Position numbers and translations under genes: made by a program. A DNA stretch of 56,271 nucleotides from Chromera velia (Eukaryota): the NCBI GenBank assembly GCA_018398765.1, contig JAHBMJ010000136.1:1-56271 (forward strand), written 5' to 3'. Position 1 is the stretch's first letter. The number at the start of each line of letters is the position of its first letter. Below are positions 36,701 through 56,271 of this stretch, piece after piece. The notes beneath the pieces were generated by a model. That model was not told the origin of the DNA and ran no database searches. It was given only the letters and a program-made list of their open reading frames with translations.

Positions 36701-39451
36701 CTTTCCCTTAATGCTTTCTTTGCAGCCAAGCCAGGAGGATCTGGTGAGGTCCCAGCCTCTGTACCCATCAGAGGACGTTTTGTGGGACCCCAACCTTGTG
36801 CCAGAAGAGCATCGGGAGGGGGACTTCTCGTTGGCACTGCCGAAATTGAACCTCCAGTTCCTCACTGTGCACGACTACCTCCTGAGAAATTACCAGCTGT
36901 TCAAATTGGAGGCGACGTTCGCCATCCGAGAGGACCTTCAGGAGGCAATCACGGACATGAAACCGAGAAGGGTAGGGTAGGAACTTCTATCTGATGGATG
37001 GATTTGAAACTGTCTGCCTGTCTGTCCATCTCTCTGGTTTCGTTTTTCTGCACCTCCTTCTGTCTGCCCCCCAGTCACGTGTGTGTTCGTGTGGATCTTA
37101 GTGTGGTGTAAGGACATCTGTTTGAAGTGTGTTCCATACATCCACACCCACCCAGAGGTCTAGGTCCCCATCAGATTCACCTGCCCCTCTCTACCTACCC
37201 TCCATCTGCTGAAAAGCGTTTCTTCTCTGACGCTTTCTCACTCTCCTTCGTGTAATCAAACCAAAGTACGCCTATCCATGCGTGCAGAACGACATCGATG
37301 GCAACACGAGATTCGACGGCCATCACCGATTCGCCCTCCCCCTCCAGTCGTTCTCCATTACAGACGTCAAGAATCCAAAGGTCGGTCTGAGAGAGAAGGG
37401 GTGGAAGGGATGGAGTTTGGTTGTCCTTTCTTCTTACTCAGAAATCCTCCTGCCTGGTCGACCTGCCTGCATGGTTCTTGGAAATGACTTTTCTGAGTTG
37501 CTTGCTGTTTTGCTTGATTTTCCTACTTGCCCTTGCTTGTTCTGTACGCATGTCTTCTTTCAAAAAAACTGTCTTCCTTCTTCCCCCGTGCTCGTCTTCA
37601 ACTTGTTTTGTTCGTGGTGAGAGAAGACACCCACCCATTGTCAGTTACTGAAGAAGACCAGCAAGGAATGATGGATTGATTGTATGCAAGCAAGCGTGCA
37701 AACGTGCAAGCGTGCAGGTAGGGGAAGCGATTCCTGCCGAGGTCCTGGGAGAGTTGACGATTTCGGTAGGGGGGCTGCGAGGCAGACGGCGGGAAGAGTG
37801 GGATTCTCTCCGTCAGTTTGACTCAGTGTTCCTCGTCGCGATCCAGGCAGCAGTGCCGCCGTTTGAGGGTGACTGGCGGCAACTGGAAGTGCCTGAGTTT
37901 CCTCAAAAATTGGGGGTCGTGGCAGTGAGGGGGTGCGAGATCGCGGAGGTTTTCGATGAAGAAGGTGAGGAGATGCAATAACAAACTCTTGCTCCCATCC
38001 ATTTCTTCTTTGCCTTTCTCTTGGGATCGCATTTCTTTATTCTCTTTCTTCCACAATGACTAGCACTTGGGCATGCCTTCCATCTCGTTCTTTCTTTCTT
38101 TCTTTCTTTCTTGCTTGCTTGCTTGCTTTCAGGGAACCTGATGACTGAGCAGAACCCGATGGAGAAAGTGGATCCGGTTGGGGACGTGAGGAGAATGCGG
38201 GTGATTCTCGACAGTGCGCAGTACCAGCTGGACCTGGAGGGCAAAAGGGACGACACCGTCAGGCGCACACTGACGGCCAGGGTCGCGGCAGAAGAGGACG
38301 ATGACGGGGCAGAGGGCGAGACGGGAACGGGAGGGGGGGAAGGCACATCCGCAGCCGCATATGCGGACTTGGATATGCTGTATGGGTCGTTCAACCTGCT
38401 CGTGCGTCGGGATCCTCGTGAGAATAACTTCAAGGCCATTCTAGAGACCATCCGATCGTTAGTGGGAGAGGAGCACAACAGCACAGTCATTCCTGAATGG
38501 CTGCACGATCTGTTCCTCGGGTATGGCGATCCGGGGTCCGCACAGTATTTTCGTCTGAAGGAACAACTGCGAGGTGGGTTGGTTGGTTTCGTCGGGTGGG
38601 TTGAAATTCGGTGGGGGAGGGACTTGGTCGTTTTCACCAAGCCATTTAGACACCTCATGCCGCCTCATGTCTCTCCATATCTTCGGCTTCCACTCGTTCA
38701 TCGACTTCATTTTCCCTCATAGAAAATCAACCTCCTCTTTATTCTTGTCATATGTCAATCCCTCCCCCTACCCCGGCCTCTCTCTCTCTCTCTCTGTGTG
38801 TGCAGAGATGGACTTCGCAGACACGTTTTTGGATCGGAACCACTTGATGGAATCCTTTCCTCAAGCGAGGGCCCTGGAGGCAGAGGAGAACCTGGCCCCT
38901 CCCTTCAGACTGTCCTTTGTGGCCACAGGGGAGGAGGAAGCCGTCAACACAGCAGCAGAAGGGGAGGGGGAGGCCAGGCCTGTGGAAGAAATCACAGCAC
39001 AAACCTATGCCGAGCTGAACATGGGCCCCTACCCTCAGTGCATCCCCAGGAGAAATAAAGTCAGGTTCACACCCGTGCAGGTGGAGGCAATCCGGTCAGG
39101 GGTGAACCCGGGGCTGACAATGATCGTCGGACCGCCAGGCACAGGTACGTCTGCGTGTCTCTCTGTCTCTGTCTCTGTCTGCCTGTCTCTCTGTCTGCCT
39201 ACTGATCTGTCCCTTTCTGCATCCTTATTCGTTCACAAGCAGAAGGAAGAAATCATTCTTGCTCCTTTGCGTTTTTATTTTCTCGTGTATCACTGCTACT
39301 GTGAAAAATGAGGTAGCACCGGAAAGTCTGTTGGATATATTGTGTAAACGGGTCTGTCGGTTTGGTGCTTTGTTTGATCTGCTGGCTCCCCCGTCTCTGT
39401 TGAATTGTGTTGAAGAACGATTTTCGTCTGTTGGATTTCATTCTTGCTCTC

Positions 39452-39493
<42 letters not shown>

Positions 39494-42400
39494 CGCGCGT
39501 CACAGAGAGAGAGAGAGTGTGAGCATACATATGTATCCATGAGTATATGTTTATGCATGTTTGGGTTTGTGTAATTGAGTAAACAGGCAAGACCGACGTG
39601 GCGGTCCAGATCGTCAACCTTCTGAACCGAAACTTTCCCGACCAACGGATTTTGCTGGTGGCCCACAGCAACCAGGCCCTGAATGAACTGTTCGAAAAGA
39701 TCTGCAAACTTGATATTGACGAGAGGTCGGGGGGGGGAGAGGGTCTCACGGAAAAGAACTGCTGGTCGCTTCTCTGTTTGACTGACTAACCGACAGACTA
39801 GTTGATTGGCTACGCGTGATGTGAACAGAGTGATGGCAGCGACAACAAATTCGGTTGGAAAAGATCAAAAAGAAAAAAGAACAAAGCACCGGTATTCTTC
39901 TGATGACTTTGCTTGCGAGAAGTGTGGTCATAAATACCTTTCTGTCGAATCTTCAGAATTTGGAAAGGAGGAATCGACAGTGCGCCGGTCTTCTCTCGTG
40001 GGACTAGCTCACTGTTTCCTTCTGAAACTGGTGTGTCAGTAAGTGAGTCGCTGCCGTTGGTTGGTGCGTGAAGAAGGAAGTGACTGGCCGGATGGGCTGA
40101 ATGGGTGAATGCTTGTGTCAGCGGGCGAGTCAGTGATGCGTACTTGAAATGCAAGTGAATGAATGCGTGAGCGGGTGCAGGTACCTTCTGCGTCTGGGGT
40201 CCGGAGAGATGGATCTGCGGACAACGAAGGATTTTTCGAAATGGGGTCGTGTGAATCACATGTTGGAGAGACGCATGACGTTGCTCGAAGAGGTCGACCG
40301 TCTGGCCAAGTCGATCGGCATCACTGCAGACGTGGGGTATACATGCGAGACTGCGGGTTTCTTCTATCTCTTCCATGTCGTCAGGAGAATCGAGGAGTTC
40401 AGAAAGAACCTGAAGGCGGCGGGAAGAGAGGGGGAAGGGGTCGAAAAGATCTACGAGAAGGTCGAAAGAGAGAGAGAAGACGAGAGACAGGCCACAGAGA
40501 GGTGGGAACAGCAGCAGCTCTGGATCATGCAGACACAGGCGGCAGCTGCCACGGCGATGCCCAGTGTCAGTCTTTCTTTCTTTCTTTCCTTCCTTCCTTC
40601 CTTTTGTCTGTCTGTCTGTCTGTCCGAAGCAAACGAATATGTACTGTTTGTCTGTGCTTTTGGCGATTTCGCATTCTTTTTTTTTTCTTTTGTTTTTCCA
40701 GGACTTGAAAAGGCCGGCATCCATCCTTGCATGCCTTCTAGTTTCTGTTCGTCCAAAGAAAAATGGGTGGCTCTTCTGAATTGATTGAGGCTTAAATTTT
40801 CGCCCAGCCGGGATTGGAATCAGAGGACCGCTGACACAGAGAGCGGAGGTGTCAAAACGTCCCACTTACACTCTCGATCTGCAGGCAGACAGGCAATCTT
40901 TGTATTCCGGTTCCTCTGAGAGGGAAACGACTCGCATTCTGGTTCTTGCCACTCGCATTCTGTCCGCATATTTGTTTTTGCCCAATCACCTTCAATCTCT
41001 CTCTCATGTTTCTTTCTTGTGTCTTCCCTCCGGTTCTACCGACTGCAGAAGCGCCGGCGGAAGAAGAAGGACCGGGAAAGACCTCCCGCCAAACAGGGGC
41101 AGAAGCCCGACGGAGAGGGAGAGGGACAGGAGGAAGCGGGAGCTGAGGACGGCCCGGCATCGAAAAAGACAAGGCGTGAAGGAGACGAAGGGGAGGAGGG
41201 AGGGGATGTTGAGATGACAGACGCTGCGGGAGGAGAAGGGGATGGGGCTCTTGCTACTCTCCCCGGATCCTCTTCGGCAGTTGAGGAGGAAGAAGACAAG
41301 CCAGCAGCAGCTGCCGGGGAGCCTTCGTCTTCCTCTTCTTCTGCCGCTCCAGGAGAAGAAAAAAGAAAACCGACGATCAATGAGCTTCTGTCGTCCCACA
41401 GCGTTGTCGACTGCCTCTTTCCCTTCCACTCTTTCTTCTCCAACGCTCCTCAACCCCTTTTCCAAAACGACTACGACACAGATCTCGAGATCGCAGAGGG
41501 GTGCTTCCGTTTTCTCGAAAGGATGTTCAAGGAAATAGAGGAGTGCCTTGCATTCGAAATCCTTCGGAACATGCGGGAAAGAGGAGACTACCTCCTCGCG
41601 TCAGTCACTCAGGCAGGCAGGCCTCGATTTAGGCAGCGGATTGAGCAAGTCGCTGACTCTCTTCCTGGCCTGTCCTGTCCTCGCTTCACTGACATTCTTT
41701 CTTGTAGTCCCCTTGAGCATGCTGTCGAGAATACGCTGCTGCACTCTTGCTTTGTCTTTTTCTTACTGCTCATCTTGCCCAATTTTCGCGAGAGAGAACT
41801 CTTCCGTGGGCTTTGCTGCCGCTGATCCACTCTAGGACACCCCTTTTGCTGATATGAAAAGGTCTCCAGACTGTTTTCTCTTCCTCGCAAGACCTCTCCA
41901 CGAGTCTCCCCGTTTCTTTCCGCCTCATCTCTATCTTCTTTCTGTGCAGAAAGCATGCGAAGATTGTAGCCATGACGTGCACACACGCTGCCCTAACCCG
42001 GCGTAATCTCCTGAACCTCCGGTTCAAGTACGACACCTTGATCATGGAAGAGGCTGCACAGATCCTGGAGGTGAGCGTGAGCCTGGGGCTTGCTTGTCGG
42101 TCTCTCGAAGAATCTGTGTGTTTGATTATGCTGTATGATTCCTCAGAGGCATGCTGATACCAATCCTTTCTGGTTTTGATTTTTTTTTTTCCTGGATGTC
42201 GGACTGTTTGTGATTCTGCCGTCATTGCCACACCGACCGATTGGGTCGTAGCCAACATCCTCAAGCAAGGAAGCAAGTGATTTGACGTCCCTGTAAAACA
42301 AAGGGACAGAGAACAAAAATGCGATTGAGTGACTGTATGAGTGCAGGTGGAGACATTCATCCCGATGCTTCTCCAGGAAGTTGAACAGGGAGTACCGAGA

Positions 42401-42933
42401 CTGAAGAGAGTCACTCTGATTGGAGACCACCACCAGCTCCCTCCTGTCGTCAAGAATCAGGTGGGCCTGGCAAAGTGGTTCTCTCATTGGCCCTTACCTC
42501 GACTTCCTGCCTGCCTGCCTGCCTATCTGTCTGGTCGCCTGCGTGCCTCTCTTTCGCTCTCACTGTCTCTCGCTCCCCGTCCCCTTCCCTCTTTGGGTGC
42601 ATCTGATTGACAGTGAAAAAAAAAAAAAAAAAAAAAATCTATGTGCCCCTCTGCACGCACGCACGCAGGCCTTTAAGCAATACGGCCACCTGGACCAGAG
42701 TTTGTTTGCGCGGTTTGTCCGTCTGAAGACCCCCTTCATCGAGTTGAACGCTCAGGGCAGAGCTCGGCCCTCCATCGCACAGCTCTACCAGTGGAGGTAC
42801 GAGAACCTCGGCAACCTGCCGCACGTGGAGAAGAACATGCAGTACAAGGTAGGAAGGAGTGAGGGAGACAGGGTGCAAGCAGGCAGGAGGAGGAAGGTTG
42901 GCGCGTCAGCAAAGGGCAGTTCCTTGCGTTTTT

Positions 42934-42981
<48 letters not shown>

Positions 42982-45371
42982 TGTGTGTATCTGTCTGTCT
43001 GTCTGTTTGCGTGCGTTCGTGGTTTCGCCGCCTTTTCTGATTATTTTGTATCTGCATCGAAAAGGATCAACGAAAAACAAGAGGTGAATTCCTACAGGGT
43101 GACTGGCACTCTCTCTGAATTGATTCACCGAGACATGCACTGGTTGGTCTATCTGGGGCCCTCTCTTCGCATGTCTCGAGGGAAATGAGGGTCTTCCTCA
43201 ACCGACCTGTGGTGTCTCTCTTGATTGTCTCTCAATCGAACTGCCCCCTCCCTCCCTCCCTCCCTCCCTCTCCACTGCATGCAGCTGGCCAACCCGGGAC
43301 TGGAGCACACGTTCCAATTTATTGACGTCGGGGACTTCAGAGGCAAGGGAGAGCACTCACCGAAGCCGTTCGTGTACGAGAACGAGGGGGAGGCCGAGTT
43401 CGTTGTAGCCCTGTACATGTACATGAGATGCCTCGGTAAGCCTTTGAGACAAACGAGAGGAGAGGAATAGCTTCGCTTTCTATGGAGATGCCACGAAGGA
43501 AAAGAGGAGGGTGGGGGAGAGAGATTAGAAGAGAAAACAAGCCATGTGGGACCGTTGTGTTGCGGTGTGTGTGTGTCAGATCCTGGCGTGCTATGCCATC
43601 GTTGTATGACGGAGAGTCTGCCTATCTCTGAGAGCAAAAAGGAAGGGCGCGTGTCCGTCCAGCGTTCTATCTTCCTGTGGGGTTCTCAAGTCCCTCTCGC
43701 TCTCCTTCCCCGCCTTTTTTGTTGTTTTTGTCTGTTCGTGTTTTTTTTTTCAGGCTATCCCTCGTCGCGCATCTCTATTCTGACGAGTTACAACGGGCAG
43801 AAGGATCTCCTGCGGAACATCATCAGGCAGAGGTGCGAATGGAACCCCCTCTTCGGCGCTCCCGCTGACGTCGAGACAATTGACAAATTCCAGGGACAGC
43901 AGAACGATTGTGGGTCTGCATGGCTGTGATTGATGGAGTAAGGGAACGAAAAAGGGAGGGGAAGAACGAAAGCTTGAGTGAGGCAGTGAGCAATTCAGGA
44001 CGCTTGTGTGTCCGCCCTGTCCTTTTTTGATTTTTTTGCCCTTCTGTCTGATCTGGGCTGGAAGGAATGGAGAGAACTTCGAATGCGTGTTTTTTCTGTT
44101 TTGTGATGATGCTGACCGCGTGAACGGCCGCACAAAAAGGAGAGATGAGAGCTCTCGGAAGGAACAGGCAGGCAGGCAGGCAGGCGTTGGGTATTTGATT
44201 GCAGTGACAGACAAAGATGCGTGATAGATACCTCTCCGAACGCCGAAGCAGCCAACCTCGATCAAGCTCATTAATACTCCATCCATCCATCCGTCCATGC
44301 AGACGTGCTCGTTTCCCTGGTGAGGACCAACAACGTCGGACACATCAGAGACGTCCGCCGTCTGGTCGTCGCCATGTCGAGAGCGCGCCTCGGTCCGTCA
44401 GTCAGTCATTTAGTCCTCCAGGGTTGCTGAAGAGAAGAAGAGGGCCAAAAGGAAGGAAGGAAACGTTTGGCTGAAACAAGACGTCTGAAAAATGAAATTC
44501 ATTTGTTCTGTTCGAAAGCCTCGCGCTTCGCACCCGGCAGCAGACAGGCTGAACGTGCCGCCGTTCACTTCCGCTTTTGGTTTGTCTTTCCTTCCGTCTT
44601 CTTTGAAAGTTCCACGCTCATTGGGGTTGGTGCTACTGTGCCGGTGCATGCATGGAAAGTGAAGAAGAGAAAGGCGTGTAAAGAAGAGTGAATGAACAAT
44701 GAATGTTGCTGTGCTCGCGAAGTGCTGAATGTAAAGCTGAGGATAAATTAAAAAGGCGTAGGGTACAATAAAAATGGAGGGAGGGAGTCCTTCATGATCT
44801 TTTGGCAGGCGTCATCTACATCCCCCCCCTATTCTTTCTGGTGTTTGTTCGGTGTGTGCATGCAGGCCTCTATGTGTTCGGTCGAATGGAACTCTACCAG
44901 ACCTGCTTGGAGCTGAACCACGTGACCACCCAGTTCCTGGAGAAACCTCTGCAGCTGAACCTCCTCACACACGAAGTCTTCCCGACCATGAGAAAGGAGG
45001 GGGAGACTGGACCTTACATCCCTATCCCTGTCTCGTCTGTCGAGCAGATGTGGCAAGTACTGGAGATGAAGACGAAAGAGGTGAGTGATGGACGGAATTG
45101 CGTTCACTTTCCGTTCTCTGCTGTCGAGTGATGGTGTCTGTTATGCTATCGGAAGTTCGTCACGCAAGAGGATTTATACGTTATGTGTCGGTTTCCTTTT
45201 GTCTCTCACTTCCCGCTCATCATCCTGCCCATCCTGAGGCACCGTCTCCTCTTCCTTGTTAATCGAACTTTTTTTTAAAGCCGTTAAGTGAGGCTCGTCC
45301 TTACATAAATGACTGCCCTACTTACTGCGCAGCGTGCCCCCCCCTTTCCATCTAACCTCTCATCCTTTCCC

Positions 45372-45408
<37 letters not shown>

Positions 45409-47002
45409 ACAACCGACCATCAATCACCTGACACTGCAGCGTCTTCAGGGCCTCCCGGCTGGGTCTCTCTTCGAGCAGCTTCCTGTTCCCGAAATCAAAT
45501 CGAAGAAGGCCAAACCCAACAAGCAAGGAGGGGCATCATCGGGGGAGGTTGTGCAGATTGATGACGACCAAGAGAAAGAGGTCGTGCAGATTGAAGAGGA
45601 GGAGGGCCAGCCAGCACCCGCACCTTCCCCTCCAGTCACCGAGCCTGTTTCATCGGAGGCAGCAGGGACGGGAGCTCCTGCTGTCCAGCCACAGGCATCC
45701 AAGGCCGGTGCAAAGGCCCCTCCTCCTGTCTCCCCGCCCAAGCCTGCCGCTGCTGCAGCAGCAGCAGCTCCTCCACCCCCACCGCCCAAGCCTGCTGCTT
45801 CTCCTGAATCATCCACTGCTCCAAAGGCACCTCCCGCCCCTCCTACCTCTCCACCCAAATCTTCTACTGAAGCTCCGGCTGCTTCAGTGCCTGCTCCAGC
45901 TCCTCCCGCCTCGCCCCCCAAGCGTGCTGCTGCTCCAAAAGCGTCAGCTCCCGCAGCTTCTGCTCCTGCTTCAGCAGCCGAGCCTGCGGCCCCGCCTGCT
46001 TCGCCCCCGAAGCGTGCCGCCTCGCCACCCAAGCGAGCTGCTGCTGCAAAAGCGTCAGCTCCCGCAGCTTCTGCTCCTGCTTCAGCAGACGAACCTGCGG
46101 CCCCGCCTGCTTCGCCCCCGAAGCGTGCCGCCTCGCCACCCAAGCGTGGAGGTGCTGCGAAAGCGTCTGCTCCTGCTCCACCAGCCGAGCCTGCGGAGGA
46201 TAAGCCCGAAGACAAGAAGAAAACCGAAGAGGCCGAAGGAGAAGACGTGGAGATGGGTGAGAAGGCTGAGGAGACTGGAGGGGGGGACGTGGAAATGAGT
46301 GAGGGTGCAGATGGAGAAGCTGACGAAGAAGAAGAGGAAGCAGCGGCTCCCGTCAGAGGAAGGGGAAGAGGAAGAGGAGCGGCCAGAAGGGGGGGGGCAA
46401 CTTCAACAAGAGGGAGAGGAAGAGGGAGAGGAGGGGCCTCTCCTCCTCCCGCAGAGGAACCTGCACCTCCCCCTGCAGAGGCGCAAGTTCCCGCGAGGGG
46501 TGGAAGAACACGAAGAGGGGGAGGCAGAGGAGCTGCTGCTGCTGCTGAAGTTAAGGTGGAGGAGGAGGTAGAGGCCGCTCCTGAGCCTGCTGCAAGAGGG
46601 AGAGGGAGGGGAAGGGGCAGAGGCAGAGGCGCAGCTGCGGCTCCTGCAGTCGAGGAGGAGGAAGAGGAGGCTCCCCCTGAGGCTCCTGCCCCAAGAGGAA
46701 GGGGAAGGGGCAGAGGAAGAGCCGCCGCTGCGGTGGATCCTCCTGAATCTCAGCCTGAGGACCCACCCGCAAGGGGCAGGGGTAGAGGAAGAGGGAGGGG
46801 AGGAGGGGCGGGGGCTCCGTCTAGTGAGGCTTCGAACTCACCGCCGAGGGCAGGAAGGGGTGGAAGGGGGGGGGGGAGAGGAGGGGGCAGTCCCCCACCT
46901 GCCGCGTCGAGACCAGCAACACGCAGCGGGGGAGGCAGCCCACCTCCACCGGCAGGGCCCACTACACGTGCCGGAGGTACGAAAAGGAGGCGAGGGGGGT
47001 GA
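33420..47002 (+). CDS. AQR: RNA helicase Aquarius (intron-binding protein IBP160/Cwf11; Upf1-like SF1), ~20 exons, with long low-complexity C-terminal extension
   Basis: Exon 1 33420-33564 joins exon 2 [16 protein letters not shown]...[15 protein letters not shown]. Later exons give [41 protein letters not shown], Walker A GPPGTG|KT (split by intron 39145-39586), [74 protein letters not shown] and [13 protein letters not shown]. The last exon 45440-47002 joins in phase after EMKTKE. Confidence 0.96.
45938..46165 (+). repeat. Coding tandem repeat, 111-nt (37-aa) unit x2, in the Aquarius tail
   Basis: [13 protein letters not shown](A/D)[19 protein letters not shown] occurs twice; TCAGCAG at 45971 and 46082 gives a 111-nt period. 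Confidence 0.85.
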
Positions 47003-47329
47003 GAGAGAAGATGAGAGAGAGAACCAAGAGACCGAAGAAGTCTGTCTGCTTCCCATTTCCGACCAGTGGATCAGATTGTGTTTCGGACGAGGTCGATAGG
47101 CTTGGGAACGGCAGTTGCGTCTTGCTGCCCATGTGGGAAGAAATGGGGTTCGGGGGTGGGGGACTCGAATCTTATATCAGTTGTGCGCTCTCATTTGGTC
47201 GCTTCCCTCAGTTTCTGCACTCGCGAGCACGTTTTAGCAGATTGGTGAAATGGGTTTTTGACATTCGTGTTCTGAAGTTTTCTCACAGTAGTCGTCATTG
47301 ATGCAACGGTCAATTTGATGCACTGTTCT

Positions 47330-48450
47330 TTAATTTGCATCCATGAATTCTTTCAAGTCCGCGGCCGGACCAGCTGTAAGTCAAGCTGGTAAAGTCACAA
47401 CGGTCTTGAATATCATAAATTTTCTCATTATTTTTATGAATCTAGTTATAAATCAACTTTCAGTTAAGTTACTTACCTGTTCATGCACCTTCTGCGCTGC
47501 AGGCTGTACACCCGCATAGGCAGGCATTTTTGCAATTGAAACTAGAATTTACTAGAATCAAAATTTAAAAAAAGATGTCTATAGGCAGGCTAGGCTTTTA
47601 GAATTAGGATTAGGATTAATGTCCGGAGGATTGGCCTCCTGCCCAGGCTGCCCCAATGCCGAATGTCCGACGTTAACATGAAAGAAGACTTTCACACATT
47701 CACGCAATCACAAAAAAAAAGGAAAGAATGCAAAAGTTTAATGAATGAAAGTCGTAAAAGTAATAGAGGATGTATGCTCAGCGGCCTATCGCTCCACCCT
47801 TGCCCTCTGTCACTCTGTCTTTCACTTGCACTTCGTCAGAGAAAATATGAGAAAATCAAGCATAACTTAATATTATCCCGAGATCGTAATTCAACTGTAT
47901 CCATGTTTGTCGGCAGTAGCAATGGTTTTGAAGTGCAAGGCAAGAAATTCATGTGTTGTGATGAGATGTGTCATTGTATGTATGCGTGCATGGTGTGGAG
48001 TAATGTGCATGAATATATGGTACAAAGCGGACGTCAGATAGCTGGTACGCAGGTCTAGGGCTCCGGCCCCGAACACAATGTAATCCTGTAAAAAATCCTG
48101 TATACCAATGATTGCAATTAACAGTGCAAGCACCAATCAGTATGCTGAACAGTGAACACTAGGCTGAACAACATGTATATATCAATTTTTATATTATTTA
48201 ATTTGATACTAAGAGTCTGAGAATTTATGTATTCGTTTTTTAGATGTGGTTTATAAAATTTTAAATTTATTGATTAAAATAAAGTTGAAAACATAATTTT
48301 AGACCATTTCACTGGCAGATGTAGCTCTAGATATAGCTAGAGATATAGTTCTAACGATAGACTATTAGCGCCATGATTCTTTTGAATTAAAACTTTTTGA
48401 AGTTTTGAAATTCATTTTGAAACTTTTTGAGTATATGGGTTCTTAATTGA
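47330..48450. other. AT-rich intergenic island between convergent genes; probable transposon relics
   Basis: TpA/CTAG-rich composition like the other relic islands. A GC-richer block at ~47630-48140 ends on the minus strand in TAATCCTAATCCTAA. Confidence 0.35.
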
Positions 48451-48504
48451 AGTGTTGCGATGACTTAATTATGAAAACACAATGCCTGTTTCGTCCGTTC
48501 GTTA

Positions 48505-56271
<7,767 letters not shown>

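Noticed and set aside
45445..46298. Overlapping antisense and alternate-frame ORFs over the Aquarius tail, and likewise over the SNF2 acidic tail (48447-49103)
   Set aside because: Shadow ORFs expected from GC-rich low-complexity coding sequence; no independent domain signal.
47604..47618. Interstitial telomere repeat (TTAGGA)2
   Set aside because: Only two variant units; better explained as a simple-repeat tail or chance.

Overview
Intron-rich eukaryotic nuclear DNA: GT-AG introns are packed with (CA)n, (GA)n, (CAGA)n and (TGCA)n microsatellites. The sequence style, the LRR family and a bipartite plastid-type leader suggest a chromerid alveolate such as Chromera velia (inference). Five multi-exon loci are visible: (1) a long minus-strand helical-repeat protein with a signal+transit peptide and a possible Smr-like C-terminus (~2.2-14.2 kb); (2) a disrupted LRR gene (~15.8-19.9 kb); (3) a RING-like + Pro/Gln-rich + RRM protein (29.7-32.4 kb, minus); (4) the spliceosomal helicase Aquarius with a ~520-aa SPPKR/RGRG-rich tail (33.4-47.0 kb); (5) the 3' part of a SNF2/BRM-type remodeller with a bromodomain, an acidic tail and a PP1-docking motif set (48.5-56.3 kb, minus). 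AT-rich, TpA/CTAG-rich islands between genes hold transposon relics: a LINE 3' end, a MITE and a nested TIR/TIR/LINE stack. In these relics, differences between repeat copies are mostly C>T/G>A, often at CpA/TpG, which resembles repeat-induced point mutation. Exon boundaries were read by eye and are approximate. No database search was possible.
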